Source: Candidatus Woesearchaeota archaeon
GTDB lineage: Archaea; Nanobdellota; Nanobdellia; Pacearchaeales; GW2011-AR1
DNA length: 54,284 nucleotides
Assembly: GCA_964559675.1 (NCBI GenBank)
Contig: CAZLHJ010000001.1
Coordinates: 1-54,284 of the forward strand
Direction: 5' to 3'
The position numbers and the translations under genes are program-made. Under the pieces are notes generated by a model. The model was not told where the DNA came from, did no database searches, and saw only the letters and a list, made by a program, of their open reading frames with translations. Positions 26,731 through 36,698 of the stretch are shown here, piece by piece (the first letter of the stretch is position 1; each line of letters opens with the position of its first letter).

Positions 26731-27216
26731 ATGGTAGGACAATCAAATTATGCAAGAGAAGAAGAGATACGAGGCTTTCCTTGGAATAGAAGTAAACATG
26801 CCAGAAGACTTAAGGGCTTAATAGAAAGACACAAAGAAAAAGACGATGATTCTGAAATTATAGCTTGCAATCTAATGGGACTATTACCAAAAATTATACA
26901 TATGACTCCCAATTCATTTGGAAGAGTTGATTGGATTGGAAATGGTGGAAGGCACGGTATTCTCCCAAGAGATCCAAATCCTTATATGTCCAATGATAAA
27001 GTACGTCTTATTGAAATTATGGAGCGTCTTGGTTTACTTACCCGAGAAAGAAAAATGCCGCGCATACAATATCCATACGGGTTTTATAGAGAGCTAACGG
27101 AGGAGGGAGAAAGATTATACAATAATCTCTATCAAGAAGGAGTTTATGGTGGGGGAAAGTTTAGCCTATGGCAAGATGGCGCAGATACGGATTTTTTTGG
27201 AATGGAGGGAGAATGA
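26731..27216 (+). CDS. hypothetical protein
   Basis: 161-aa ORF; possibly wHTH-like (MERLGLL..., ELTEEGE) but weak. Confidence 0.65.
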   Translation: MVGQSNYAREEEIRGFPWNRSKHARRLKGLIERHKEKDDDSEIIACNLMGLLPKIIHMTPNSFGRVDWIGNGGRHGILPRDPNPYMSNDKVRLIEIMERLGLLTRERKMPRIQYPYGFYRELTEEGERLYNNLYQEGVYGGGKFSLWQDGADTDFFGMEGE

Positions 27217-27491
27217 TGTCATTAGAAGACCTTGGATTTTTTGGAGGAATGATTGGAGGACCTATTTTATTAGCCTTAGCTAAATCAAACTCTCCTGAAA
27301 TTAGAGACTTTGAGAACTCAGAAGCATTCACTCTCGTCTTCGGAACTGCTTCAGCTGTAATTGGTGCAAATATCGGAAGATATATCGGAAGATTTCTCGA
27401 TGATTATGTTATCTTACCTATTCAGGAAATACGTGAAGAGAGAAGTAAACGGAAGCAAGGTAAAAAAAGAAATTATTGGAATTATTGGTAG
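27213..27491 (+). CDS. small hypothetical membrane protein
   Basis: ATGA overlap with the upstream gene and GGAGG SD; two hydrophobic helices. Confidence 0.65.
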   Translation: MMSLEDLGFFGGMIGGPILLALAKSNSPEIRDFENSEAFTLVFGTASAVIGANIGRYIGRFLDDYVILPIQEIREERSKRKQGKKRNYWNYW

Positions 27492-27601
27492 ACAAGATTA
27501 AGCAAAAAAGTTTCTAAAAAAATCTCGCAAGAATTTCATCAATTCTTTCTTTGCTTCTTCTTCTCAATCATGCCTTGCAGAAACGGGATAGCCATTAAAG
27601 T

Positions 27602-28087
27602 TTATCGACGAAAATTAAAAGATAAATCATTATATTCTCGAGTATCATAGGCAGTTATTCCTTTCTCATGCCACAAAGTAAATTCTGAAATTCCGACGTC
27701 TAACGCCATTTTACTACAAATTGTACAATATGGTGGGCCTGCAAAACTCTTCTCTCCATCTTCTCCAAGTCTTATAAAATATAATCTCGAACCAATTATA
27801 TTATTTGGGGCTCTTCTTAGAGCATCCATAATTGCCCTTTGTTCAGCATGAACACAACAAGTCTTATCAGTTACTTTCATATCGTAAGAATCTTTAGATA
27901 AGTCACATCTTATTTGAGAGGACAAATCTCCAGGAGGCGAATTAAATCCTTCACCAATAAGAACTCCGTTAGAAACAATAATCGAACCGCATTTTGATCT
28001 CTCACAAGTAGCTTCTCTCGCAATTTTCTCCGCGTGAGCCATCCATGACCTTGCAATGGTTAATTCTTGTCCAGAAAGTACTTTCAT
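27602..28087 (-). CDS. dCMP/cytidine-deaminase-family zinc enzyme
   Basis: CERSKCGSIIV, HAEQRAI, PYCTICSK motifs. Confidence 0.88.
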   Translation of the reverse strand: MKVLSGQELTIARSWMAHAEKIAREATCERSKCGSIIVSNGVLIGEGFNSPPGDLSSQIRCDLSKDSYDMKVTDKTCCVHAEQRAIMDALRRAPNNIIGSRLYFIRLGEDGEKSFAGPPYCTICSKMALDVGISEFTLWHEKGITAYDTREYNDLSFNFRR

Positions 28088-28137
28088 TTAATCTTAATAA
28101 GTATGAATTTGCTTAAATAAATTATTACACTAGAAAA

Positions 28138-28746
28138 TTATCTTGCGGAATCTGCTTGTTTCTCAGCTTCGTTCTTCTTTGTAAGTGCAAATGATTCCAT
28201 ATTTCCTTGAGCAGTTAACATAATCTCGTTTGCTAATGATTCTGCCATTTTCTTCTTCTTTCCAAATGATCTTTGATATGCTCCTTGTACAAGCCATCTT
28301 AATGCAAGATCTACTCTTCTCATTGGAGATGAGTCAACAGCCTGAGGATATCTCGCTCCTGCTTGCTCAATAACTGTAATTTCGTCTCTTGGAGAACCAT
28401 TTTCAATAGCATCAACAAGAACTTGAATTGGATTTTGATTTGTCTTTTTCTCAATAATATCAAATGCACCCAAAACGATTAACATATTGTTTCTATATGC
28501 TCCTGAGCTCCACGCAGTAATTATTTTGTGTTTCTTTCCAACGTGTCCTGGAACTGCAATTCTATTTGCTAATCTCTCAACAATATTCACTCTCGTTTTT
28601 CCATGTTTCACTTTAGCGTTAAATCCTTGAGACTTAACAAGTAATTTAGGATCAACATTAATGAATGGCTTCATTGCTGCATCTTTTATTTGAATATCTG
28701 CAACAGAGTACTTATCAAATATTTTAAATTCTTGAGCTTGTTCCAT
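28138..28746 (-). CDS. rps7: 30S ribosomal protein uS7
   Basis: IVERLANR, NPIQVLVDAIEN..PRDE, AVD.SP.RRVDLALR. Confidence 0.98.
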   Translation of the reverse strand: MEQAQEFKIFDKYSVADIQIKDAAMKPFINVDPKLLVKSQGFNAKVKHGKTRVNIVERLANRIAVPGHVGKKHKIITAWSSGAYRNNMLIVLGAFDIIEKKTNQNPIQVLVDAIENGSPRDEITVIEQAGARYPQAVDSSPMRRVDLALRWLVQGAYQRSFGKKKKMAESLANEIMLTAQGNMESFALTKKNEAEKQADSAR

Positions 28747-29168
28747 TATCTTCTTCCCTTCTCTATTTTACCTCTCCATAACAAATGTAATGGTTGGTCA
28801 TTTACTTTAATTACTTTGAATCTGATTCCTCTAATATCTCCTTTAGCTCTTCCTTGTTTTCCACCAATTCTTTCGATTACGACTTCATCGTGTTCATCTA
28901 CGAATTTTTGTGCTAAGTTTCCAGGAATGAACGCTCCTACTTGAAGACCGTTCTTAACCAATTGAACCTTGCAACATTTTCTCATCGCAGAGTTTGGCTG
29001 TGCAGCTTCTTTTTGGAATTTCTCAATTACAATTCCCTTAGCTTGCCAACTTCTTCCCAATGGATCGTATTTGACTTTCAAACCTGTCTTTCTAGATTTG
29101 AAATCTCTATTTTGCCATCTATTGGCCTTCCTTCTATTCATTATTTTTTTTGCATTTAATAATCCCAT
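28746..29168 (-). CDS. rps12: 30S ribosomal protein uS12
   Basis: QPNSAMRKC..VQLVKNG, DEHDEV, GDI.G.RFKV.KVN. Start placed at MGLLNA (29168). Confidence 0.97.
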   Translation of the reverse strand: MGLLNAKKIMNRRKANRWQNRDFKSRKTGLKVKYDPLGRSWQAKGIVIEKFQKEAAQPNSAMRKCCKVQLVKNGLQVGAFIPGNLAQKFVDEHDEVVIERIGGKQGRAKGDIRGIRFKVIKVNDQPLHLLWRGKIEKGRR

Positions 29169-29211
29169 GTTAATTATCTGAAAAATTAGCTTTATAAAGA
29201 TTTGCCTCGAA

Positions 29212-29628
29212 TTAAAGAATCTTAAGCTCAAAATTGAATACGCCCTGTATTATCTTCTCTAATTCTTCGAGTCTCCTTTTATTTCTTCCAATTAAGCTAG
29301 CTTTATTCTGATTTGTTCCTGCAGTGATTATCACTTCAGAATCTTTAACTTCCAAATTTTTGAATTTTATCGGCGAGACGATATCAGAAATGAAGCTTCC
29401 AATCTCATTAACTCCATTAGGCTCTCTAATTATTTTTATTTTTTTACCAATCTGATCTTGCATTTTTTTAATATTTATTGCTTGAGGACCAATTGCTTTA
29501 GAAATTAGATTTTGAGGAACAGCAAAGAAGATAGTATTATTATATACGAAACATCTCATCGTCTTAACCTTAGAGGCCTTATCTAATAAGTTAATGTACC
29601 TCATCGTTTGCATATCTATTGTTGCCAT
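29212..29628 (-). CDS. nusA: archaeal NusA (two KH domains)
   Basis: KAIGPQAINIKK and LIGRNKRRL KH motifs; conserved position between rpoA and rps12. Confidence 0.93.
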   Translation of the reverse strand: MATIDMQTMRYINLLDKASKVKTMRCFVYNNTIFFAVPQNLISKAIGPQAINIKKMQDQIGKKIKIIREPNGVNEIGSFISDIVSPIKFKNLEVKDSEVIITAGTNQNKASLIGRNKRRLEELEKIIQGVFNFELKIL

Positions 29629-29797
29629 TTTTAGAATTATTTTTTATTTTTTGGTAAGATTATTTCATCCATCTTTTAAATTCTCTCAATTACTTAGTAT
29701 ATAAATTTATCTTTTTGAAAAAAAACAAATTAAATTTATTTATTTTTTACCGACGGAAATTATTTAGACTAAAAATTAAAATATTTTAAAAAAAATA

Positions 29798-32700
29798 TTA
29801 TTTCTTCTTTTCCGATTTTATCTCCTTTGATAATGGTCCTGTAATTTGAACTAACAATCCTGGCAATCCTGTTCCAACTGGAATTGGTTGGTTCAATAAA
29901 ATATTTTCTACAACAGAGTTTAATTCATCTCTTGCACCTTGCATTGTTGCAGTGATAAATTGTTTATCAGGTGTTTCGAATGTTGCTCTTGCCAATACGG
30001 ATGCTTTGTCAGAGATAATTCCCATTCTAGTAATTCCCTTAACTATTCCAGAGGAAGTCATTGCATCAGCAACAAAGTTAATGTGCCTCTCATTAATATC
30101 TAATCCTTGAGATTCAATAACTTTCTTAATTTCATTAATTATTGTTTGTCTTGCTGCTTCTACTCCAAGTACTCCAAATACGTCGTGAATATCGTTGCTA
30201 AAGATTTTATCTTTGTTAACTCCTTTAATTGTCATTACGTCAGATAAATTGCTTCCTGAGGTGATTATTACAAAGTCGCTTCCTCTCTTGCTCACAACAA
30301 CTTGGTTGATTCCTTTAACTCCAGAGATAATAATTTCTTTTAATTTCTCTTTCAATTTGTAAAGTCCTTTGAAATCTAATTCTTCCATATGTAATGTTAA
30401 TTTCATATCGTTAGCTTTGAATTTATATCCCTTGTCATTCAACTTGTCATTAATTTTATCAATGCCTAAGTGAGTACTCTTAACTGCTTTTTGATCTAAT
30501 GTAATTTCAATCTTCTTTCCGCCAAAGTCCACTTTAATCTCTGACGCAATTTCTTTCAATTTAACTTCTCTTATCTTCTCAGCAATAACTCTTGAATTCT
30601 TTTCATCATTATGCTCTTTATCTAAGTAAATTTCCATCTGAGGCGTAGAAGGTTGTTTTCTAGCGTCGACAATTTCAATTAATCTTGGAAGTCCTTGTGT
30701 AACTTGTAATTCTGCAACTCCCGCATGGTGGAAAACGTTCAAAACCATCTGTGTTGAAGCTTCTCCAAAGCTTTGTGCAGTAATAACTCCAATCGCTTCA
30801 GCAGGACTTACCTTATTATTTTTCAAGTGAAGTTTAGAGACATCTAATCCATCGTTTCCGTATTCAAATTGAACAACTCTTTCAGACGCATCTCTTACAG
30901 TTCCGTCGTATTCTATTTTCAAATCTTGTAATGCAGAAACTAATCTTCTATAGAAGTATCCAGATTTAGGAGTTCTAAGTGCAGTATCCATCAGAGAGTC
31001 TCTTCCTGTAATAGCGTTAAAGAAGAATTCGTGAGGCTTCATACCTTCGAAGAATGAACTCTTGATAAATCCTCTTCCTTCTGGGCTCATATCTCCTTTC
31101 TTGAAATGGCTTAATGTTCTATCGTTATATCCGAATGAAATTCTTCTTCCCCATAAAGACTGCTGTCCGATTACACAACCAATCTGGGTGATATTTAACA
31201 TACTTCCAGCTGCTTTTGGAACAATCATTTTGTTAACATTTCCATCGACTGGGAAGTTTGCTTTAACAACTTCTGCAACTTCAGTTCTAACTCCGTTCAA
31301 AATCTGCATAATCTTTGTTTCTCTTGTTTCTTCAGGAGTCTTTCCAGGGATTTGCTCAAGTTCATCATTCTCATATTGAGCGATAATATCTTTAGTTGAT
31401 TTTTCAGCTTTTGTAATAATATCTGAAGTAATATCTTTTACTTTCTTTGAAACGTTTAAGTCTTGTAAGGATAGGGTATATCCTCTTCTTGTCAAATATT
31501 CTGTTCCTAATCTGAATGCTTTATTGATAGATTCAACTGCAACATCTCTTCCAAATTCTCTATCGATTACTTTTATCATTACTGAATCTTCAACTCCGAA
31601 GCTTGATTCTCCAGTGATCTTTGCAGGAACTTTCAAACTACTTCCTTTAGGAATAACTTGTCCGAATACATCTTTTCCATCTTGTTCTTTCTTTGTGTTT
31701 GAGTTTTCGATTCCAGCATTGAATAACAATAAGTCTGCTTCAGACTTTGAAATTGTTTCTTGTCCAAGAAGATAATTTCCTGTAACTGCGTCGGCAAATG
31801 TACCTACTAAGTTCATATTATTTTTACTTGAGATTATGTTTGTGTTAATATCCAATAATACTTTTGCTTCTGCTAATGCTTCTTCAGTCTGCGGACTGTG
31901 GATGTTAATTTCGTCTCCATCGAAGTCAGCGTTATATGGTGGTGCAGCAGCAGGGTGCAATCTAAATGTTCTTCCAGGAAGAACTTTAACATAATGTGCC
32001 ATTAATCCTTGCTTGTGAAGTGTAGGGTGTCTGTTTACAAGAACCATATCTCCATCTCTCAAATGTCTTTCAATCTTGTATCCAGGAACTAATTCGTTCT
32101 TTATTTCTTCTTTAAATTCAGATGTAACTTTCTTTCTCTTTCCATCAGGTCTAATAATATAGTTTGCTCCAGGATATTCTCCTCCAGATTCGATTAATTT
32201 CTTAACTTCCTCAACATTAAAGCTTGTTACACTTTCTGATACAGTAATCACTTTTGCAACTTCAATTGGGATTCCAATTTCATTAATTTTAATATACGGA
32301 TCAGGTGAAACTACTGTTCTTCCAGAGAAGTTAACTCTCTTTCCTGCTAAGTTGTTTCTAATTCTTCCTTCTTTTCCTTTAATTCTTTCAGTAATTGTCT
32401 TTAATGGTTGTCCAGATCTGTGTCTCGCAGGAGGAATTCTTGTAACATTGTTATCAAAGAATGTTGTAACATGATATTGTAATAGGTCCCACAAGTCCTC
32501 TATAATGACTTCAGGAGCTCCAGCATTAAGGTTTTCCCACAATCTTTGGTTTGCTCTTATAATATCTGATAACTTGTGTGTCAAGTCGTCTTCAGACCTT
32601 TCTCCAGATTCTAATGTAATTGAAGGTCTAACTGTAACGCTTGGAACTAATAATAATGAGATTACTGCCCATTCAGGTCTTGCCGTTTTTGGATTAATTC

Positions 32701-33235
32701 CAATTTTCTTTAATTCACTATCTTGAACTTTTACAAGTTTTTCTCTAATTTCAATTGGAGATAATCTCTTTTTACCAATCATAAAGTTGCTTGGTTTTTC
32801 AACTTTAACTTTATCAATATTTTCATTACAGTGAGGGCATTTCTTAGCATCTCTTGCTTTCTTTCCTCTTTCTGCAGGTGTTAATCCTTGTTGCTTTTCA
32901 TCACTTAATGTTAATTTTCCACAGTGTGGGCAGAAACTTCTCAAACATAATTCTACAAGTTGAATGTATTTGATATGTAAAATTGGTCTTGCAAGTTCAA
33001 TACTTCCAGGGTGTCCAGGACATTCTTTAACTCTCTTTCCACAAGTTCTACATCTAACTCCTGGATCGATTGCACCTAATCTTAAGTCCATTAATCCTCC
33101 ATCTACTGGGAATCCATCGATATCATAAAGTTCAGGAGTTACAATCTTTGCAGAACTAAGTCTCTTAATCTGCTCAGGGCTAAGCAAACTAAAGCTTAAA
33201 CTCTTCACTTGTTTTCTGAATGATTTATCTAACAT
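29798..33235 (-). CDS. rpoA: DNA-directed RNA polymerase largest subunit, fused A'+A'' (Rpo1N+Rpo1C)
   Basis: NADFDGD catalytic motif, Zn-clamp CxxC motifs, and trigger loop plus A'' C-terminal ENI..NQPIPVGTG in one ORF. Confidence 0.97.
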   Translation of the reverse strand: MLDKSFRKQVKSLSFSLLSPEQIKRLSSAKIVTPELYDIDGFPVDGGLMDLRLGAIDPGVRCRTCGKRVKECPGHPGSIELARPILHIKYIQLVELCLRSFCPHCGKLTLSDEKQQGLTPAERGKKARDAKKCPHCNENIDKVKVEKPSNFMIGKKRLSPIEIREKLVKVQDSELKKIGINPKTARPEWAVISLLLVPSVTVRPSITLESGERSEDDLTHKLSDIIRANQRLWENLNAGAPEVIIEDLWDLLQYHVTTFFDNNVTRIPPARHRSGQPLKTITERIKGKEGRIRNNLAGKRVNFSGRTVVSPDPYIKINEIGIPIEVAKVITVSESVTSFNVEEVKKLIESGGEYPGANYIIRPDGKRKKVTSEFKEEIKNELVPGYKIERHLRDGDMVLVNRHPTLHKQGLMAHYVKVLPGRTFRLHPAAAPPYNADFDGDEINIHSPQTEEALAEAKVLLDINTNIISSKNNMNLVGTFADAVTGNYLLGQETISKSEADLLLFNAGIENSNTKKEQDGKDVFGQVIPKGSSLKVPAKITGESSFGVEDSVMIKVIDREFGRDVAVESINKAFRLGTEYLTRRGYTLSLQDLNVSKKVKDITSDIITKAEKSTKDIIAQYENDELEQIPGKTPEETRETKIMQILNGVRTEVAEVVKANFPVDGNVNKMIVPKAAGSMLNITQIGCVIGQQSLWGRRISFGYNDRTLSHFKKGDMSPEGRGFIKSSFFEGMKPHEFFFNAITGRDSLMDTALRTPKSGYFYRRLVSALQDLKIEYDGTVRDASERVVQFEYGNDGLDVSKLHLKNNKVSPAEAIGVITAQSFGEASTQMVLNVFHHAGVAELQVTQGLPRLIEIVDARKQPSTPQMEIYLDKEHNDEKNSRVIAEKIREVKLKEIASEIKVDFGGKKIEITLDQKAVKSTHLGIDKINDKLNDKGYKFKANDMKLTLHMEELDFKGLYKLKEKLKEIIISGVKGINQVVVSKRGSDFVIITSGSNLSDVMTIKGVNKDKIFSNDIHDVFGVLGVEAARQTIINEIKKVIESQGLDINERHINFVADAMTSSGIVKGITRMGIISDKASVLARATFETPDKQFITATMQGARDELNSVVENILLNQPIPVGTGLPGLLVQITGPLSKEIKSEKKK

Positions 33236-33239
33236 TTTT

Positions 33240-36200
33240 TTATCTCTCGTATTTATTCTTTAATTCAAATTTAGTATTTATTCCTAATCCAAGTAGTTCA
33301 TCAATTAACAACTTGAATGCGTATGATACTTCAACTGGATCAGCTTCGCTGTTTCCACACATATTACATGGTGTTTTGTTTCTTATTACATCTTCGTAAG
33401 TCATGTTTCCACAATCCTTACATATCCAAACAATTGTTTTATCTGAACTATATCTTTCTTTCAATAATAATGAAGCTCCGTGACCTACTAATGCTTGTTG
33501 CTCCATTTCTCCTAATCTTAATCCTCCACCTCTTGCTCTTCCTTCAATTGGTTGTCTTGTTAATAATGCAACTTTTCCAAGAGCTCTTGCATGAAGCAAG
33601 TTCTTTACCATTCTCTCTAGTTTCAAATAATACATGTTACCAATATAAATCTTAAGGTTCATTCTCTTTCCAGTTACCCCATCATACATTGTTTCCTTAC
33701 CATCAAATCTGAATCCTGCTTCCTTCAATTGGCCTTCTAATTGTTCAACACTTTGTCCAGTAAAGCTTGTTCCATCGACGATCTTTCCAGATGTTGCAGC
33801 AGTTTTTCCTGCTAATAATTCAATTAAATATCCTACTGTCATTCTGCTCGGAATTCCGTGCGGATTGAAGATTAAATCTGGTCTAATTCCACTAGCTGCA
33901 AAAGGTAAGTCGTTAGGATCTGCAATAAGTCCGATAACTCCTTTCTGTCCGTGAGGTGCAGAGAATTTGTCTCCTGGCTCAGGCAATCTTGTATCTCTAG
34001 TTCTTACTTGAATAATCTTATTACCTTCTGAATCTACAGTTATGAATACTGAATCTACAGTTCCTCTCTCTTCTTGTCTCATAGCACTACTTGCTTCTTT
34101 CTTAGCTTGAATACTAATATCTCTTGCTTCACTTAAGAATTTAGGAGGAGTAATTTTTCCAATAATAACTTCACCACTATCAACGTCTGCTTCAGGGTAA
34201 GCGATTCCGTCGTCTTCCAAATGTCTATATTTCTCTTCAGTTCTATATCCAGAAACATCTTTATCAGGAATAACAATTTCATCTCTCAATCCTCCAGGAT
34301 ATTGTAATTCTACCGATCCATAAGGTCTGAAATATGTGCTTCTTCCCATACCTCTATTTACGCTCGCTCTGTTCAAAATAATAGAGTCTTCCATGTTATA
34401 TCCTTCATACGGCATAACTGCAACAATTACGTTTTGTCCAGATGGATAAACTTCTAATGTATCGTATACAAAACTCTTTACAAGAGGTTTTTGTGGGTAA
34501 TGTAATATAGAAACGTTTGTATCTAATCTTACTAAGTAGTTAGCAGCATAAATTCCAAGACTCTGAGTTAATGTTTTTGCTCCTCTTAATAATCTAGATC
34601 CCTGGTCGTGGTTTCCGTAAGGAACAAGGCTTGTAATTAAACCAAACATATCTATTGAGTGTACTTCTAAATGTGTGTGTTCTGGTGTTAAGTCTCTTTC
34701 ATCTGATGCAATTAATGCATTTTCTTCTTCAGAAGCATCAATATATTCGATAACTCCTTCACTTACTAAATCTTTCCACTTAAGTTTATTCTCTTGTAAT
34801 AATACAACATGTTCGTCTTTAAGTCTACTCTCTCCATTTTCTACTACAATTACAGGTCTTAATACTCTTCCAACTTCATTTGAAATCATAACTTGCTTCA
34901 AGTGATCATCATATCTTATACAAATTTCATGTGCGATTTCATTACTTCTTCTTAATCCTCTGAAATCTTTAGCAAATTTATCTCCATCATTAGTATACCC
35001 TAAGAATCTTCCATTAAAGAATACGTCGACCTTTCCACTTTCTCTATTCAATCCAATTTTATCTATTGACTTTTCAAATGATTTTTCATCAATCAAAATA
35101 GCAGTCGATACTCTAGCCAATAATGCAAGGTTTTTTCTTAATCCGATTTCAGTTCCTTCTGGAGTTTCAATTGGGCAGAATCTTCCATAGTGTGTTGGGT
35201 GTAAGGTTCTAGCTGCAAAATTTTCTTGTTCTCCAGGAAGCAAGCTAGTAACTCTTTGCAATTGTGATAAGATTCTCAAGTAATTTGTTTTCTGCATGTT
35301 TTGTGTAACACCAGATTTTTCTCCAATCCACGAACCTGTTGCAATCGCGCTTTCCATTCTGTGTGTGAATAATGTAGATTTAGCAATTGTTTTCAATGAA
35401 TAGAATTTCTTTCTCTTTGAAATTTTTTGTAATGAATACTGAATATCTCTTACTAAAATACCGACGTTAACTCTGAACAAATCAGACATCAAGTCTCCAG
35501 ATAATTTAACTCTCTTGTTAGCATAATGATCTTTGTCTGTTCTTATAGTTGAATCTTCTTTAGATCTCAAATATAAATTAACTAATCTACATAATGTCAT
35601 AGCTTTTTCTTGTCTTGAATTTTTATCTAATCCAATATGTGGAAGTAAGAAAGAATCAATTCTTTGTTTAACTCTGTCAAGTATTTCTTTTCTTGTTCCT
35701 TGAATTCCTGATTTCTCAGCAATAAACATCATAGCATCTTCTGCATTTTGCAATGATGCAAACTCATATAAGTTTACAATTAAACAATCGTTTTCGTAAT
35801 TAATGTTCTTTGCAATTTCAGCTTCTTTTGACATTCCAAGAGCTTTTAATAAAACAATAATTGGAATATTTTTCAATCTACTAAATGTCAAATCTAATAA
35901 TCCTTCATTTGTTTCAGAAATAGTTGTTGGGATTCTATATGCTCCTCTTTGGCTAAATAATCTTAATGTTAAACCTAATCTTCCTTCTTCGATAAATGGT
36001 TGGTTTGGTGCTAAGTCCTCAGACATAACAATTAATCTTTCGTTTCCATTAACTATGAAGTATCCTCCAACATCTAATGGGTCCATTAATTGCTCTTTTA
36101 ATTGTTCTCTTGTCATTCCATAAGTTGAACATGCAGCGCTTCTTACAATAACGGGCATTCTTCCAATTTCAACTTCACTTGAATCAGTTTGATCTCCAAA

Positions 36201-36491
36201 CTTAACTGAGATTTCAACAAATACTGGAGCAGAATATGTTAAATTCCTCAATCTAGCAACTGTTGGGTTAATCTCTGTGGTACTTCCATCACTTTCAATA
36301 ATATTTGGTTTACCAATTCTTACTCTTCCTAATTTGATTTCAACTTCTTCATTATTTATTGTAGAATTAATTTCGTTTACTACTTCTTGAACTCTGTGTT
36401 CAATAAAATCATTGAAGGATCTAATGTTAGATTCAACTAAAGAATGTTGTTCAAGATATCTTCTTACTAATATGTCTTTTTTGCTTACCAT
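33240..36491 (-). CDS. rpoB: DNA-directed RNA polymerase subunit B (unsplit)
   Basis: GYFIVNG.ER, CPIETPEG, GYNMEDS, GDKF..HGQKG, RQP.EGR, GLRLGEME. Confidence 0.98.
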   Translation of the reverse strand: MVSKKDILVRRYLEQHSLVESNIRSFNDFIEHRVQEVVNEINSTINNEEVEIKLGRVRIGKPNIIESDGSTTEINPTVARLRNLTYSAPVFVEISVKFGDQTDSSEVEIGRMPVIVRSAACSTYGMTREQLKEQLMDPLDVGGYFIVNGNERLIVMSEDLAPNQPFIEEGRLGLTLRLFSQRGAYRIPTTISETNEGLLDLTFSRLKNIPIIVLLKALGMSKEAEIAKNINYENDCLIVNLYEFASLQNAEDAMMFIAEKSGIQGTRKEILDRVKQRIDSFLLPHIGLDKNSRQEKAMTLCRLVNLYLRSKEDSTIRTDKDHYANKRVKLSGDLMSDLFRVNVGILVRDIQYSLQKISKRKKFYSLKTIAKSTLFTHRMESAIATGSWIGEKSGVTQNMQKTNYLRILSQLQRVTSLLPGEQENFAARTLHPTHYGRFCPIETPEGTEIGLRKNLALLARVSTAILIDEKSFEKSIDKIGLNRESGKVDVFFNGRFLGYTNDGDKFAKDFRGLRRSNEIAHEICIRYDDHLKQVMISNEVGRVLRPVIVVENGESRLKDEHVVLLQENKLKWKDLVSEGVIEYIDASEEENALIASDERDLTPEHTHLEVHSIDMFGLITSLVPYGNHDQGSRLLRGAKTLTQSLGIYAANYLVRLDTNVSILHYPQKPLVKSFVYDTLEVYPSGQNVIVAVMPYEGYNMEDSIILNRASVNRGMGRSTYFRPYGSVELQYPGGLRDEIVIPDKDVSGYRTEEKYRHLEDDGIAYPEADVDSGEVIIGKITPPKFLSEARDISIQAKKEASSAMRQEERGTVDSVFITVDSEGNKIIQVRTRDTRLPEPGDKFSAPHGQKGVIGLIADPNDLPFAASGIRPDLIFNPHGIPSRMTVGYLIELLAGKTAATSGKIVDGTSFTGQSVEQLEGQLKEAGFRFDGKETMYDGVTGKRMNLKIYIGNMYYLKLERMVKNLLHARALGKVALLTRQPIEGRARGGGLRLGEMEQQALVGHGASLLLKERYSSDKTIVWICKDCGNMTYEDVIRNKTPCNMCGNSEADPVEVSYAFKLLIDELLGLGINTKFELKNKYER

Positions 36492-36698
36492 TTATGCGAC
36501 CACTCTATAATATAAGTTTATTTTATCTCCGTCTTTTCTTTCAATCTTAAGAACTTCTCCTTTTTCAGTTCCTTCTGGAACGCAAGGATCATTTAATCTA
36601 ATCTTCGGTAACTGAGAAACTGTGATGTTGTATTTTTCAACTAACTTTTTCACTTCTTCAGGCTTGAGTTTGGTGTGTTTTGGCTGTAATGCGTGCAT
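36492..36698 (-). CDS. rpoH: DNA-directed RNA polymerase subunit H (Rpo5)
   Basis: LQPKH..L, QLPKI..NDP, G.VLKIER, YYRVV. Confidence 0.96.
   Translation of the reverse strand: MHALQPKHTKLKPEEVKKLVEKYNITVSQLPKIRLNDPCVPEGTEKGEVLKIERKDGDKINLYYRVVA

Noticed and set aside
25771-36123. Short ORFs at 25771, 28690, 28941, 28969, 31062, 31524, 32505, 33317, 34675 and 35803
   Set aside because: Almost all are antisense to trmB, rps7, rps12, rpoA or rpoB; the 25771 ORF is out of frame within the minus-strand trmB and antisense to the other.
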